Below are positions 11,480-21,109 of a DNA stretch of 64,000 nucleotides, one piece after another. The translations under genes and the position numbers were made by a program. The stretch's first letter is position 1, and the number at the start of each line of letters is the position of its first letter. Origin of the DNA: an uncultured Candidatus Entotheonella sp. (GTDB lineage: Bacteria; Tectomicrobia; Entotheonellia; Entotheonellales; Entotheonellaceae); assembly GCA_965217185.1 (NCBI GenBank), contig OZ244252.1:416001-480000 (forward strand), read 5' to 3'. The notes below the pieces were generated by a model, which saw only the letters and a list, made by a program, of their open reading frames with translations, did no database searches and had not been told where the DNA came from.

Positions 11480-12271
11480 ATGAAGGCGGGAAGCACGCAA
11501 ATTGAGGCCGGGGCGGTGATGTTTGCCCTGCAGTATCGCCCTTTGATGGAAGATCAGGGGGTCAGCATCCAGGTGCTGGGTGAGGTAGAAGGCGAATGTG
11601 CGGAGATGCTGCGGTTCGATTGCTTCGACCAGCGTCCGCACTATCACTACGCGCCGAACCAGGCGGACGTGCGCTACGACATGGACAAGACTACGGCGGG
11701 AAACCCGATCAGCTGGACGCTGGAACAATTGCGCACCCGGTTACCAGTCATGCTGGAGCGTGCCGGTTACGAGCAGGCGGCGCAGCAGCTCGATTGCGAT
11801 CTGGTCCTCGAAAAGCTCGACGAGGTCGAGGAGGCCGCCCGGTACATGGCGATCAAGAAGCGCCGCACGGTGACGCACAAGCGCGGCGACGTGGTGATCG
11901 AATGCGGCAACCTTCGCTTTGGGCTGGAATTCCGCGAGATCAACGGCGACCGCGGTCTGGCGGTTCACGTGCTGAGCGACGTGGCGGGGCAGGAGATCGA
12001 GATTTTAGCGTTCGATTGCTTTGAAATGGCGCCGCACTATCACTACGGCCCGCGCAACCAGGACGTGCGCATCTACTGGGACACCGCGGTCGTGCCCGAT
12101 CCGCTGGCCTGGACCCTGGCGCAATTCAAGCACGGCAGACTGCCTGCCATGATCACCCGCGCCGGCTACCCCACGATTGCCGCAGCCCTCGATGAGCCGC
12201 TCATCGCCCGTACGCTCAAGCGGGAGGTGAAGCCCAAAGCTCTCGCCATACGGGCCACGCACGCTCAGTAA
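11480..12271 (+). CDS. Conserved hypothetical protein with an internal tandem domain duplication
   Basis: Two copies of FDCF-x3-PHYHY...W-T-L...LP-x-M-x2-RAGY; RBS GAGGAG. Confidence 0.8.
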   Translation: MKAGSTQIEAGAVMFALQYRPLMEDQGVSIQVLGEVEGECAEMLRFDCFDQRPHYHYAPNQADVRYDMDKTTAGNPISWTLEQLRTRLPVMLERAGYEQAAQQLDCDLVLEKLDEVEEAARYMAIKKRRTVTHKRGDVVIECGNLRFGLEFREINGDRGLAVHVLSDVAGQEIEILAFDCFEMAPHYHYGPRNQDVRIYWDTAVVPDPLAWTLAQFKHGRLPAMITRAGYPTIAAALDEPLIARTLKREVKPKALAIRATHAQ

Positions 12272-12649
12272 GGACTGCGCAATGCGGTCAGGACTGCCTT
12301 GACGCGCCGCCAAGAATCTGCGGCCTATCGCCTGAAGTTTTCCCAGAACATCGGGCAGTGCTGAGGTTCGGCGGGTTCTGAACCCGGAAAGAACACATCA
12401 ACAAGACTCGGGTTTGATTCCCGCCGCCTTCACACCCTCCGTGTAATCCTTCCAGGGGTTGGAATACGGGGCGGTGCTTCTGCCGTCCGCCGGTGAACCC
12501 TTGCCGTTTCCTCAGATTCAGCCATCTAACCAAAAAGCCCCTCGATTAGTCCCGAATCGCACGTCGCAACCTGCAACAGTGTTGCATTTCAGCACCCCGG
12601 CTCCTGAGAGACTTATCTGCCAACCCTTGACGTTGTGCGAATCTGTGGG

Positions 12650-13111
12650 TTACTTCTCCTCTCGCTCCAATGCCTTCTCCGTTGTGCCCCAGCGCCGGAG
12701 GAAAAAAGTTCCGTACCGGCTCATGGGCAGGGGAAAGGAATCGTTCTGGCGTAGGGTTCGCAGGTCCGGGATGGCGCGGCAGAGGCTGGCAAACGCCCAT
12801 ACCGTTAGGACGCCGCGCAGGAGCATCGCAGGTTCCCCGGTTATAACAAGGCGCGCAGCAAAGTACACGCCGAGGGCGGCAAAGCCGCCGGTGGTGATGT
12901 AGAACGCTGCGTAGCTGCCGTAGCGTATGCCGTACCCCAGTCCGAGAAATCCCACTGCGATAGCCAAGCCGGGAAGTCCATAGCCGCGTTGAGCCATGGC
13001 CGACAGACCGCTGAGGGCGAGCAAATGGATGAGGGTAAACAAGATGCCAAGAAAAATGGTGACGTTAGCGGCTCTGCCGACGCGTTGCTCCGGGGTGCTG
13101 TTTTTCCTCAC
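12650..13111 (-). CDS. Hypothetical membrane protein (~4 TM)
   Basis: 153 aa with four hydrophobic segments, directly downstream of ppc. Confidence 0.7.
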   Translation of the reverse strand: MRKNSTPEQRVGRAANVTIFLGILFTLIHLLALSGLSAMAQRGYGLPGLAIAVGFLGLGYGIRYGSYAAFYITTGGFAALGVYFAARLVITGEPAMLLRGVLTVWAFASLCRAIPDLRTLRQNDSFPLPMSRYGTFFLRRWGTTEKALEREEK

Positions 13112-13141
13112 AAGGGTTGCTTTCAGGGGTAGGACAGGTTC

Positions 13142-15808
13142 TTAACCGGTATTCCGCATGCCGGCAGCGATGCCGTTAACCGTGACCAGCAGGGCATCGT
13201 GCAAGGTGGTGTCCTCCGGCTGGGTACGGAAGCGCCGCAGCAGGGCAGCCTGGACGATGTTGAGGGGGTCGACGTAGGGGTTGCGCACGTCAATGGATTG
13301 CCGCAACATCGGGTTGGTGGCAAGCAGGTCATCGTGACCGGTCACGGCCAGGACAGCGCGGGTGGCGGCGTCAAAGCGGCGCCGAAGATCCTCGCCGAGA
13401 GGGCGCAGCGGTTCGGGGACCAGCCATTCGTCGTAACAGGCGGCAATGCGCATATCGGCTTTGGCCATGACCATGCCGATGAGGTCGAGCGTGGATTGCA
13501 TGAACGGCCAGTTGTGATACATCGTGCGCAGGTCGTCGTGTTGGCCGCGGCGCAAGGCTTCTTCCAGGGCGGCCCCGACGCCGAGCCAGGACGGCAGCAT
13601 CAGGCGGGTCTGAGTCCAGGCGAATATCCACGGGATGGCTCGCAGGCTGCCCACGCCGACGTCGGCACGGCGCCGTGTCGGACGGCTGCCGATGTTCAGT
13701 TCGCCCAGTAACGCTTCCGGGGTTGCGGCCTGAAAATAGGGCACAAAGCGCGTATCGTCTTGCACCACCTCGCGGTAGGCAGCCATGGCGGTCTGGGATA
13801 GTTCCTCCATGCACCGGCGCCACTCGGGGCTGGGCATGGGCGATGGGCGTAGCGTAGCCTCGGCAACCGCCGTGGTGTACACCTCCAGTGTTCGCAAGGC
13901 GATGCCCGGAATACCGAATTTGCTCTGAATCATCTCGCCCTGTTCCGTCACCCGCAGCCGCCCGTCAATCGACCCCGGCGGCTGGGACTGGATGGCCGCA
14001 TACGTAGGCCCTCCGCCCCTGCCGATCGAACCGCCGCGGCCATGGAACAGGGTCAGCCGGATGCCGTATTCTCGGCACACCTGCACCAGTTCTTCCTGCG
14101 CTTTGTACAGTTCCCATCCTGCCGTGAGGATGCCGGCGTCTTTGGCCGAGTCCGAATACCCCACCATCACCTGCAAGGTGCCGCCGAGTTGTTGGCGGTA
14201 CCAAGGAATCGACAGCAGTTGGCGGATGCTCCCGCCGGCCTGCCGCAAAGCATCCACGGTCTCGAACAACGGCACCACCGGCAGCCGCTGGTGGCAACCG
14301 GCCTGATGTTGCAAAAACGCGACGGCCAAGATGTCGGAGGGCGTTTTGGCCATGGAAATGACGTAGGCGCCCAAGGCATCGGGGCCGAATTCGGCGATGG
14401 CCTTGAAGGTCTCGAGAACCTCGCGGTGGGACGGGTCATCTAACAGTTGCGGAGGGATAGGGGATGGGTCGGTTTGCAGAGCGCGCCCGAGAAAGGTTTG
14501 CCGCTGCGCCTCGTCCCACTCTCCGTAGGCACCATGGCCTTGAGCGCGGGTGAAGGCATCGAGCACGTCGGTGTGGCGCGCGGCCTCCTGCCGGATGTCC
14601 AGGCGCGCCAGGGTCAGCCCGAAACAGGTGACGCGGCGCAGCGTATCCAGCAGCGGGCCGTCGGCGATCGTTCCGGCGCCGACGCTGTGCAGCGATTGGT
14701 GGCAGAGCAGCAGGGCGTCGGCGAGCTCGTCTGCATTCGCATAGGTATTGGCGCGTGTCGACGGCTGCCCGGCCAATTGTGCGTCGACGTCCTGGAGGGT
14801 GGCATCGAGGCGCGCTTGCACGCCGTCCAGGAAGGTGCGGTACGGCTCGTGGGCATCGTCTACCTGCGATCGTAGGGCATCGCTACAAGCCGTCATCGAC
14901 AACTCGCTGGCCAATGCTTTCAGGTCACGTGCGTACAGCGTAATGGCCTGCCGGCGGGCCAGCAGACAAACCCTGCGGGTGATATCCGCGGTGACGTGCG
15001 GATTGCCGTCGCGGTCGCCGCCCATCCAGGAGCCGAAACGTACGGGAGCAGCCGTCAAGGGGAGGGGCTTGCCGGTGAACTTTAGCAGGGCGGCATCCAG
15101 AAGGCGCAGAAAGCGCGGCACGACGTCCCACAGCGTGTCTTCAAGGTGCCCCAGGCCGCCGCGCGCTTCATCCAGGGGGGTTGGCTTGGTGCGGCGGATT
15201 TCATCGGTCAGCCAGCAGGACGTGACGTCGCGGCGCAGCGCCTGCTCGGCCTCGTCGCGTTCAAAGGGCGTCAGGTCGCGGGCATCGCGCCGTGCCAGCA
15301 GGGCCGCAATGCGATTGTGCTTCCGCAACAAGGTGCGGCGAACTGCTTCCGTGGGGTGGGCGGTGAGCACACATTCGATCTGTTGGCGACAGATCGTCTC
15401 GTGCAAGGTTTCAGGCGTGACGCCCGCTGTCAGCAGCCGGTTGAAGGTTTCGTCGAACGACCCCCGCTGCGGCTCGGTTTTCGGGTTTTGCTGATACACC
15501 CGCCGTCGCCGCACACGGTGGTGTTGCTCGGCCACGTTAGCCAATGTCAGAAAATGGGCGAAGGCGCGGCTGATGTTAAGGGTTTGGTCAACCGGGAGCT
15601 GCGCCAGTAGGTGCTCCAGTTCCCGGAAGTCGTGGTCACTGCCGGCACGCGCATTCTTCGCCAGAGCCCGCACGCGCTCGACGGTCTGAAACAGCTCTTC
15701 GCCAACCTGCTCACGCAGGGTGTCGCCCAGCACGGCGCCGAGGTCGTAAACGTCATGCCGCAAAGGCGCATGCGGGTCGGGATGCGTCGGGGGCGTTAGC
15801 GTGCTCAA
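13142..15808 (-). CDS. ppc: Phosphoenolpyruvate carboxylase
   Basis: VLTAHPTE, WMGGDRDGNP, VMVGYSDSAKD, FHGRGGSIGRGG, LRAIPWIF and C-terminal GMRNTG. Confidence 0.98.
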   Translation of the reverse strand: MSTLTPPTHPDPHAPLRHDVYDLGAVLGDTLREQVGEELFQTVERVRALAKNARAGSDHDFRELEHLLAQLPVDQTLNISRAFAHFLTLANVAEQHHRVRRRRVYQQNPKTEPQRGSFDETFNRLLTAGVTPETLHETICRQQIECVLTAHPTEAVRRTLLRKHNRIAALLARRDARDLTPFERDEAEQALRRDVTSCWLTDEIRRTKPTPLDEARGGLGHLEDTLWDVVPRFLRLLDAALLKFTGKPLPLTAAPVRFGSWMGGDRDGNPHVTADITRRVCLLARRQAITLYARDLKALASELSMTACSDALRSQVDDAHEPYRTFLDGVQARLDATLQDVDAQLAGQPSTRANTYANADELADALLLCHQSLHSVGAGTIADGPLLDTLRRVTCFGLTLARLDIRQEAARHTDVLDAFTRAQGHGAYGEWDEAQRQTFLGRALQTDPSPIPPQLLDDPSHREVLETFKAIAEFGPDALGAYVISMAKTPSDILAVAFLQHQAGCHQRLPVVPLFETVDALRQAGGSIRQLLSIPWYRQQLGGTLQVMVGYSDSAKDAGILTAGWELYKAQEELVQVCREYGIRLTLFHGRGGSIGRGGGPTYAAIQSQPPGSIDGRLRVTEQGEMIQSKFGIPGIALRTLEVYTTAVAEATLRPSPMPSPEWRRCMEELSQTAMAAYREVVQDDTRFVPYFQAATPEALLGELNIGSRPTRRRADVGVGSLRAIPWIFAWTQTRLMLPSWLGVGAALEEALRRGQHDDLRTMYHNWPFMQSTLDLIGMVMAKADMRIAACYDEWLVPEPLRPLGEDLRRRFDAATRAVLAVTGHDDLLATNPMLRQSIDVRNPYVDPLNIVQAALLRRFRTQPEDTTLHDALLVTVNGIAAGMRNTG

Positions 15809-15847
15809 CAGGCCCTCCGTGTTCGGGTTGGCTGCCTTGCGCAGCCC

Positions 15848-16387
15848 TTACGAGCCGAATTCTTCCAGCAGGCTCACCAGATCGTCCGCGTGTTCTTCTT
15901 CCATGGCCAGAATGGTTTCCATCAGCCGTCGTGTCGTTGGGTCATCATTGCCGAAATAGGTAATCATCTCGCGGTAGCTATCGATGGCAATGCGCTCGGC
16001 GACCAGGTCTTCCTTAATCATTTCAATAAGCGAGTTGCCTTCGATGTATTCGGAGTGGCTGCGGGTGCTGAGCCCTTCCGGCGCGAAATTGGGCTCGCCG
16101 CCCAATTGCACGATGCGTTGCGCCAGTTGATCGGCGTGCAATTGCTCCTCGTTGGCGTGCTGCAAAAACTCTTGCGCCACGCTCTGGGCATTGATCCCCG
16201 AAGCCATGAAGTAATGCCGCTTGTATCGTAAAACGCACACAATCTCGGTGGCGAGCGCCTCATTCAGCAATTTAATGACCGTTTCGCGGTGCGCCCGGTA
16301 TCCTGGTGTCACCGCCCCCTGTTCAAGATGCTGGCGCGCCCGTGTCCGCAGGGTCTGAATATCGCTGAGAAAGGGTTGGTCAGCCAT
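15848..16387 (-). CDS. Bacterioferritin/ferritin-like protein
   Basis: LNEALATE, EEQLHAD, EDLVAERIAI and EEEHADD di-iron ligands. Confidence 0.88.
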   Translation of the reverse strand: MADQPFLSDIQTLRTRARQHLEQGAVTPGYRAHRETVIKLLNEALATEIVCVLRYKRHYFMASGINAQSVAQEFLQHANEEQLHADQLAQRIVQLGGEPNFAPEGLSTRSHSEYIEGNSLIEMIKEDLVAERIAIDSYREMITYFGNDDPTTRRLMETILAMEEEHADDLVSLLEEFGS

Positions 16388-16461
16388 GCTGTTGTCCTCT
16401 GTGTGTGAATGCCTTGGGCGCCTTACCGCTTTAGAGGCCAATTATTCCTGTCGAGCCATAC

Positions 16462-17097
16462 TCATCTTGAGGCGAGGTTGTAAATGAACTCACGGAGGTT
16501 GGCAAACGCTGGGGACTGGAAATTCCATACGCCCTGCAGGGCGCCTTCGCCGACTCTGGCTACGGGGTCACTCGTTGCGGCGAGGCAGGCGTGGGTGAAC
16601 GCCTTGTCTGGGAGATCTGATTTCAGAGCGTTGTGGGTTTCCAGACAGTCTATGTACGCGTCGGCGTACCTTGCGGCTTCCTCCTCCTGTACGGAGCGTC
16701 TGCAAATGGTTTCAATGGCGCCGGGTGCACTGCCGTCGGGTACGATGAATATGCCAATCGATGGGCTCGCATCTGAAAACTCGGCGTGAGTTGGCGGTGG
16801 CGTGTAACCAGCCTGCTGAACGCTGTCACGGACGCTCTGGAAGCTAGCCGCGGCGCTCGCGTCCGCATCCCGCACAACGCCAATCGCCCGAAGAGAGGGC
16901 CGGGAAAGAGCAGCCGCGTGTACCGTCTTCAGATTCCTCCCGAGGGTGGTCTTGCCCCCGATGTCCATGACTTGTATCCCCGGCGTGTAGCTGAAGCAGG
17001 ATTCGATCAACTGCTCAAACAGATGAAATTCATCTCGGCCTTCTACCAGAAGAAGCAGGTCCTCCGAAATTTCTATTCTCCGTTCCCTAGCGGGCAT
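16462..17097 (-). CDS. DUF3226-like TOPRIM-fold protein (ATPase partner)
   Basis: LLVEGRDE and RDAD motifs; ATG overlaps the ATPase stop (TGATG). Confidence 0.75.
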   Translation of the reverse strand: MPARERRIEISEDLLLLVEGRDEFHLFEQLIESCFSYTPGIQVMDIGGKTTLGRNLKTVHAAALSRPSLRAIGVVRDADASAAASFQSVRDSVQQAGYTPPPTHAEFSDASPSIGIFIVPDGSAPGAIETICRRSVQEEEAARYADAYIDCLETHNALKSDLPDKAFTHACLAATSDPVARVGEGALQGVWNFQSPAFANLREFIYNLASR

Positions 17098-18137
17098 CAC
17101 CGGACTTCCAGGCGAAGGTCTCGGGCGCCGTCAAGCGTTTCGCCAGTGAATGTGGTTGCCCTGACCCTACCCGATTCGTCCGTATACAGCTTGTGTATGG
17201 AAAGATCACCCGGTTCGCTCTCAAAAGCTGCCATTGCTGCTTCGATGCACTCGCCACTGTGCGTTGTCGCCACGAACTGCACATCCCATTCGTGCATCGC
17301 ACTATGAGCGAGGCGCCACAGGTCCCGTAGCACCGAATAGTGCAGGCCATTCTCTACCTCATCGACGAATACCATGCCATTACGGGCGGTGAAAAAGTTC
17401 AAATACAGCCTGAACAATCGGACCACCCCGCCGCCAAGGGCTTGGAGAGGCAGTTGAACATTCGAGGACGTATTTGCGGACAGGTAAGACTTCCCTGCTT
17501 TGTCAGTCAGGAGTTCGATGTCCTTGATTCCGGGAAGAATTAGGTTGATCGCCCTTGTCAACGCCTGCTTGTGACCTTTTCTAACTATATCGGAGTAGCG
17601 CTGCAGGTACTCATCCGGGGTCGCGAGCTGCCAACTAGTGCCTTCAATAATGCCACTTCCATTCTTTACTTGGTTTAGAGGAGCACCGTACATTACCGCA
17701 CCCCATGGTGTGTCGTGCGCTGATCGGATTCCTTCATCAACCGGCTTATCGTCGAGGCGCGCGTGAAGCCAGCCAGCGATTGAAATTTGCAGCGATTTGT
17801 CGGCGTCACTTACGCCGAACGGCACTCCCTCGAACTGTTCGACGGGTTCAAATTCGATTTTCCATTTGTCTTCTTTTCCGTTTTCTTTTCCTTGAAGTTC
17901 AATGAAGCCATCCGACAACTCTACAACAGGATCAATAACCGGATGATTAGATCGTTGGACGTTTGTGTTCCACAATAACCCTGGATTACGCCTTCCCGTG
18001 AAGAGCCAGATAGCTTCGATAAGCGCTGTCTTTCCGACACCATTTACACCCGTAATCAGGTTTGCACGGCTCAAGCCTTTCAGTGACAAGCCACTAATGC
18101 CGCGGTAGCGAATCGCCTCAAAACTACTGATACTCAT
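17097..18137 (-). CDS. ABC-type ATPase (AAA_15/AAA_21, AbiEii-like)
   Basis: Walker A GVNGVGKT, signature ALGGG, Walker B VDEVENGLH, H-loop TTHS; lower GC. Confidence 0.88.
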   Translation of the reverse strand: MSISSFEAIRYRGISGLSLKGLSRANLITGVNGVGKTALIEAIWLFTGRRNPGLLWNTNVQRSNHPVIDPVVELSDGFIELQGKENGKEDKWKIEFEPVEQFEGVPFGVSDADKSLQISIAGWLHARLDDKPVDEGIRSAHDTPWGAVMYGAPLNQVKNGSGIIEGTSWQLATPDEYLQRYSDIVRKGHKQALTRAINLILPGIKDIELLTDKAGKSYLSANTSSNVQLPLQALGGGVVRLFRLYLNFFTARNGMVFVDEVENGLHYSVLRDLWRLAHSAMHEWDVQFVATTHSGECIEAAMAAFESEPGDLSIHKLYTDESGRVRATTFTGETLDGARDLRLEVR

Positions 18138-18204
18138 CGAATTCCTCCGCTGGGAGAAATTTCACTCCCGTGCTGCCGCAAAGACGATCAATGTCCATAT
18201 ACTC

Positions 18205-19416
18205 CTAAAACCTCATGACGGCTATCGGGTCGCCAGGAGAAAGCCGTTCGGCCTCTTCGGGAATGTCGATCAGGCAGTTGGCGAGGCTCATGGAGCGCAG
18301 AATGCCAGAGCCTTGCGGCCCGGTTGTGGTAACGGTCGGGGGCGTGTCGTTCTGGTTCAGAACGCCGCGTAGAAAGGCGCGCACCCCGCGGCGTTTCTCC
18401 ATGCCGTCTTGCAAGACGGCTTCGATGCGGGGCCGGAACAGTTCCCGGTGCCCGGTCATTTTCAACAGCGCCGGGCGTACGAAGAGCTCGAAGGTGACCA
18501 TCGAAGCGACGGGATTGCCGGGCAGCGAGAACACCGGCACGTGCCGCACCAGACCGAACGTGATCGGGCTGCCGGGCCGCATGGCTACTGTGTGGAACCG
18601 GGCGTTGAAATCCAGTCCGTTCAGACACTCCCGCACAAAATCAAACTGCCCCACCGACACCCCGCCGGAGGTAACCAGCACGTCCGCCCGCAGGCCGCTG
18701 GCGAGCCGTTCGCGGATTACGTCGCGCCGGTCCGGGGCCACGCCTAATAGAACCGGCACGCCGCCGGCCTCGGCCACCTGTCCCGCCAGCGTGTAGGAGT
18801 TGCTGTTGAGGATCTTGTCGCTATTGTCGGGGTCGCCGGGATCGGCAATCTCGTCGCCGGTGGCGAGGATGGCGACGCGCGGGCGCTGGTACACCCACGC
18901 TTGCGCCTGTCCCACCGACGCCAGAACGCCCAGTTCCGCCGGGCGCAGCGGGGTGTGCTGGGGCAGCACGCACTCGCCTTTGTGGATGTCTTCACCCCGG
19001 CGCCGCAGGTTGCTGGTCATGGGCGGTGCTTCGTAGATGGCGACCCTCGCGTCGTCCGCGTTGGTGTGCTCGATCTGCACCACGGTGTCGGCGCCTGCCG
19101 GAAGCGGGGCGCCGGTCATGATCTTGATTGCCGTGCCTGGCGTTATCTGGTGCTGAGGCGCTTTGCCGGCCGGCAGGGTTTCGAGGACGTCAAGGACGGC
19201 CGGCCTCTGGCTTGAGGAACCGGCCACGTCGGCGTGCCGCACGGCATAGCCGTCCATGGCGGAATTGTCGCTAAGGGGAATGTCGCGCGAGGCGTTGACG
19301 TCCTGGGCGCTGACGCGGTGCAGGGCGTCGAGGAGGGAAACCTTTTCCGCCCCAAGGGGGGCCACCGCGTTCAGAACGATGTCTTGTGCTTCGGCGACCT
19401 CTACGGCCTGTTTCAT
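18205..19416 (-). CDS. moeA: Molybdopterin molybdo/tungstotransferase MoeA
   Basis: SAMDGYAV, IMTGAPLP, TGDE, TSGGVSVG and LPGNP motifs. Confidence 0.95.
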   Translation of the reverse strand: MKQAVEVAEAQDIVLNAVAPLGAEKVSLLDALHRVSAQDVNASRDIPLSDNSAMDGYAVRHADVAGSSSQRPAVLDVLETLPAGKAPQHQITPGTAIKIMTGAPLPAGADTVVQIEHTNADDARVAIYEAPPMTSNLRRRGEDIHKGECVLPQHTPLRPAELGVLASVGQAQAWVYQRPRVAILATGDEIADPGDPDNSDKILNSNSYTLAGQVAEAGGVPVLLGVAPDRRDVIRERLASGLRADVLVTSGGVSVGQFDFVRECLNGLDFNARFHTVAMRPGSPITFGLVRHVPVFSLPGNPVASMVTFELFVRPALLKMTGHRELFRPRIEAVLQDGMEKRRGVRAFLRGVLNQNDTPPTVTTTGPQGSGILRSMSLANCLIDIPEEAERLSPGDPIAVMRF

Positions 19417-19425
19417 GCCGCTTCC

Positions 19426-20439
19426 CTATTGCGCCGCCAACAGATCGGCGAACTGTCCAACCGTGGTCGCAAAGTAGTGCGACCGGTTCCATTTCAGCAG
19501 CACCCGGTAGTTGGGATAAGTCAGAAAGGCGGGTCCACCAGGACCGCTGGGCAGGATGAGGGAGGCCGTCAACTGCCGAGTGGGCAGATCGTCCCCGTTG
19601 CTGCGGCGCACCCCCACGGCTTGCCACTCACCAAGGGACTTCTTCACCTCGAGGCCCTTCAGGTCGAAATCGAAGCCCTCCGGTAAGCGGACCTGCCGCC
19701 CCCAGGTTTGATCTTGCTTCCAGCCGGCCTCGGCGAGGTAATTGGCGGCGGAGGCGAAAACGTCAGGCAGCGTGCCCCAGATGTCGCGGCGCCCGTCACC
19801 GTCATGATCGACCGCAAATCGCTGGAAGCTCGACGGCATGAACTGACTTTGGCCCATGGCGCCGGCCCACGACCCCAGCATTTTGTCGGGCTGAATATGG
19901 CCGTCATCCACGATGCGCAGCGCCTCAAGCAACTGCCCGCGAAAGAACTCGCCACGCCGCCCGTCAAACGCCAAGGTCGCCAAGGAGTCGAGAACGGGGA
20001 AGCCACCGGTCACGCGCCCGAAATCGCTCTCGATGCCCCACAGCGCGACGATAAAGCGCGGCTGAACCCCATACGCGTCGCCGATTTCGGTTAGCAAGGC
20101 CCGATGCTTCCGCAACAATCGCTTGCCGCGGTTCACGCGTGCTGGCGGCAGCACCCGCGACAGGTACTCGGCGTATGTCAGGGTTCCCTCGGGCTGTTTG
20201 CGGTCGAGTTCGACGACACGGGCCCGAAATGTCAGGCCGGGCAGGACGGCATCCAGGGTCTCAGAGCTGATCCCCTCGGCCAAGGCGTCCTGGCGGAATG
20301 CCGTGACCCATGCCGTAAAGTCTTCCTCTTGGGCATCGGCGACGATGGCGTAACCCGTTGTCAGGAATAGCAATAACAGCAAAATTGCCGCCGGTTGGCG
20401 ACCGTTTCCGATTGCGTCCTGAAGCAACGTTTTGCGCAT
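19426..20439 (-). CDS. Lytic murein transglycosylase (MltB/SLT_2 family)
   Basis: WGIESDFG, GSWAGAMGQSQFMPSS, VDHDGDGRRDIW and WNRSHYFA motifs. Confidence 0.93.
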   Translation of the reverse strand: MRKTLLQDAIGNGRQPAAILLLLLFLTTGYAIVADAQEEDFTAWVTAFRQDALAEGISSETLDAVLPGLTFRARVVELDRKQPEGTLTYAEYLSRVLPPARVNRGKRLLRKHRALLTEIGDAYGVQPRFIVALWGIESDFGRVTGGFPVLDSLATLAFDGRRGEFFRGQLLEALRIVDDGHIQPDKMLGSWAGAMGQSQFMPSSFQRFAVDHDGDGRRDIWGTLPDVFASAANYLAEAGWKQDQTWGRQVRLPEGFDFDLKGLEVKKSLGEWQAVGVRRSNGDDLPTRQLTASLILPSGPGGPAFLTYPNYRVLLKWNRSHYFATTVGQFADLLAAQ

Positions 20440-20554
20440 GGATGGCTCCCTGGATCAGCCTCGTGAAAGGGGTGTTTAGTGGCCGTGTCAACAGCGACGC
20501 AAGGCTACTGACAGCACCTGTGTTTGTCAATCGGCGCCGCACCCATCGGGCGCA

Positions 20555-20582
20555 TTGACTTCCAGGTATAGGTGGAAATAAT
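20555..20582 (+). promoter_or_regulatory. Putative sigma70 promoter of the AOR operon
   Basis: TTGACT-N16-AATAAT ~50 bp upstream of ATG 20630. Confidence 0.4.
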
Positions 20583-20629
20583 ATCGCGCGTAGCCACACG
20601 TTATCCATATAACAGCTTAAGGAGCGTGC

Positions 20630-21100
20630 ATGAAGGTCCTGCGTATTACTCCGCAGCGTTGCACCGGCTGCATGCGGTGCGAAATTGCCTGTTCGTACGA
20701 GCAGAGCGGCGTGTTTCAGCCCGCCAAGTCGGTGATCCGCATTTCCCCGTTCGAGGCGCATACGAGTTATGCCCCCTACACCTGCACCCAGTGTGATGAA
20801 GCCTGGTGCATGGTGGCCTGCCCGGTCAACGCGATTACCATTTCTCCCGTCGGCGCCAAAGTCATCCTGAACGACCTGTGCGTGGGCTGTAAGTTGTGCA
20901 CCATTGCCTGCCCGTACGGCACGATGTTTTATGATCCCGACACCACCAAGGCGACCAAGTGCAATCTCTGCGGCGGCGCGCCAGCGTGCGCCTCGGCCTG
21001 CCCGACGCAAGCCATCGAGTACGTCGATGCGGAGAGCGCGGACTGGCTGGGGAGCTTCGCGGCGGAACGCGCTGAAACGCAGTTGGCGCAACAGGCATAG
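20630..21100 (+). CDS. 4Fe-4S polyferredoxin electron-transfer subunit (AorA/DmsB-like)
   Basis: Four Cys clusters: CTGCMRCEIAC, CTQCDEAWCMVACP, CVGCKLCTIACP and CNLCGGAPACASACP. Confidence 0.92.
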   Translation: MKVLRITPQRCTGCMRCEIACSYEQSGVFQPAKSVIRISPFEAHTSYAPYTCTQCDEAWCMVACPVNAITISPVGAKVILNDLCVGCKLCTIACPYGTMFYDPDTTKATKCNLCGGAPACASACPTQAIEYVDAESADWLGSFAAERAETQLAQQA

Positions 21101-21109
21101 GGGGGAGCC

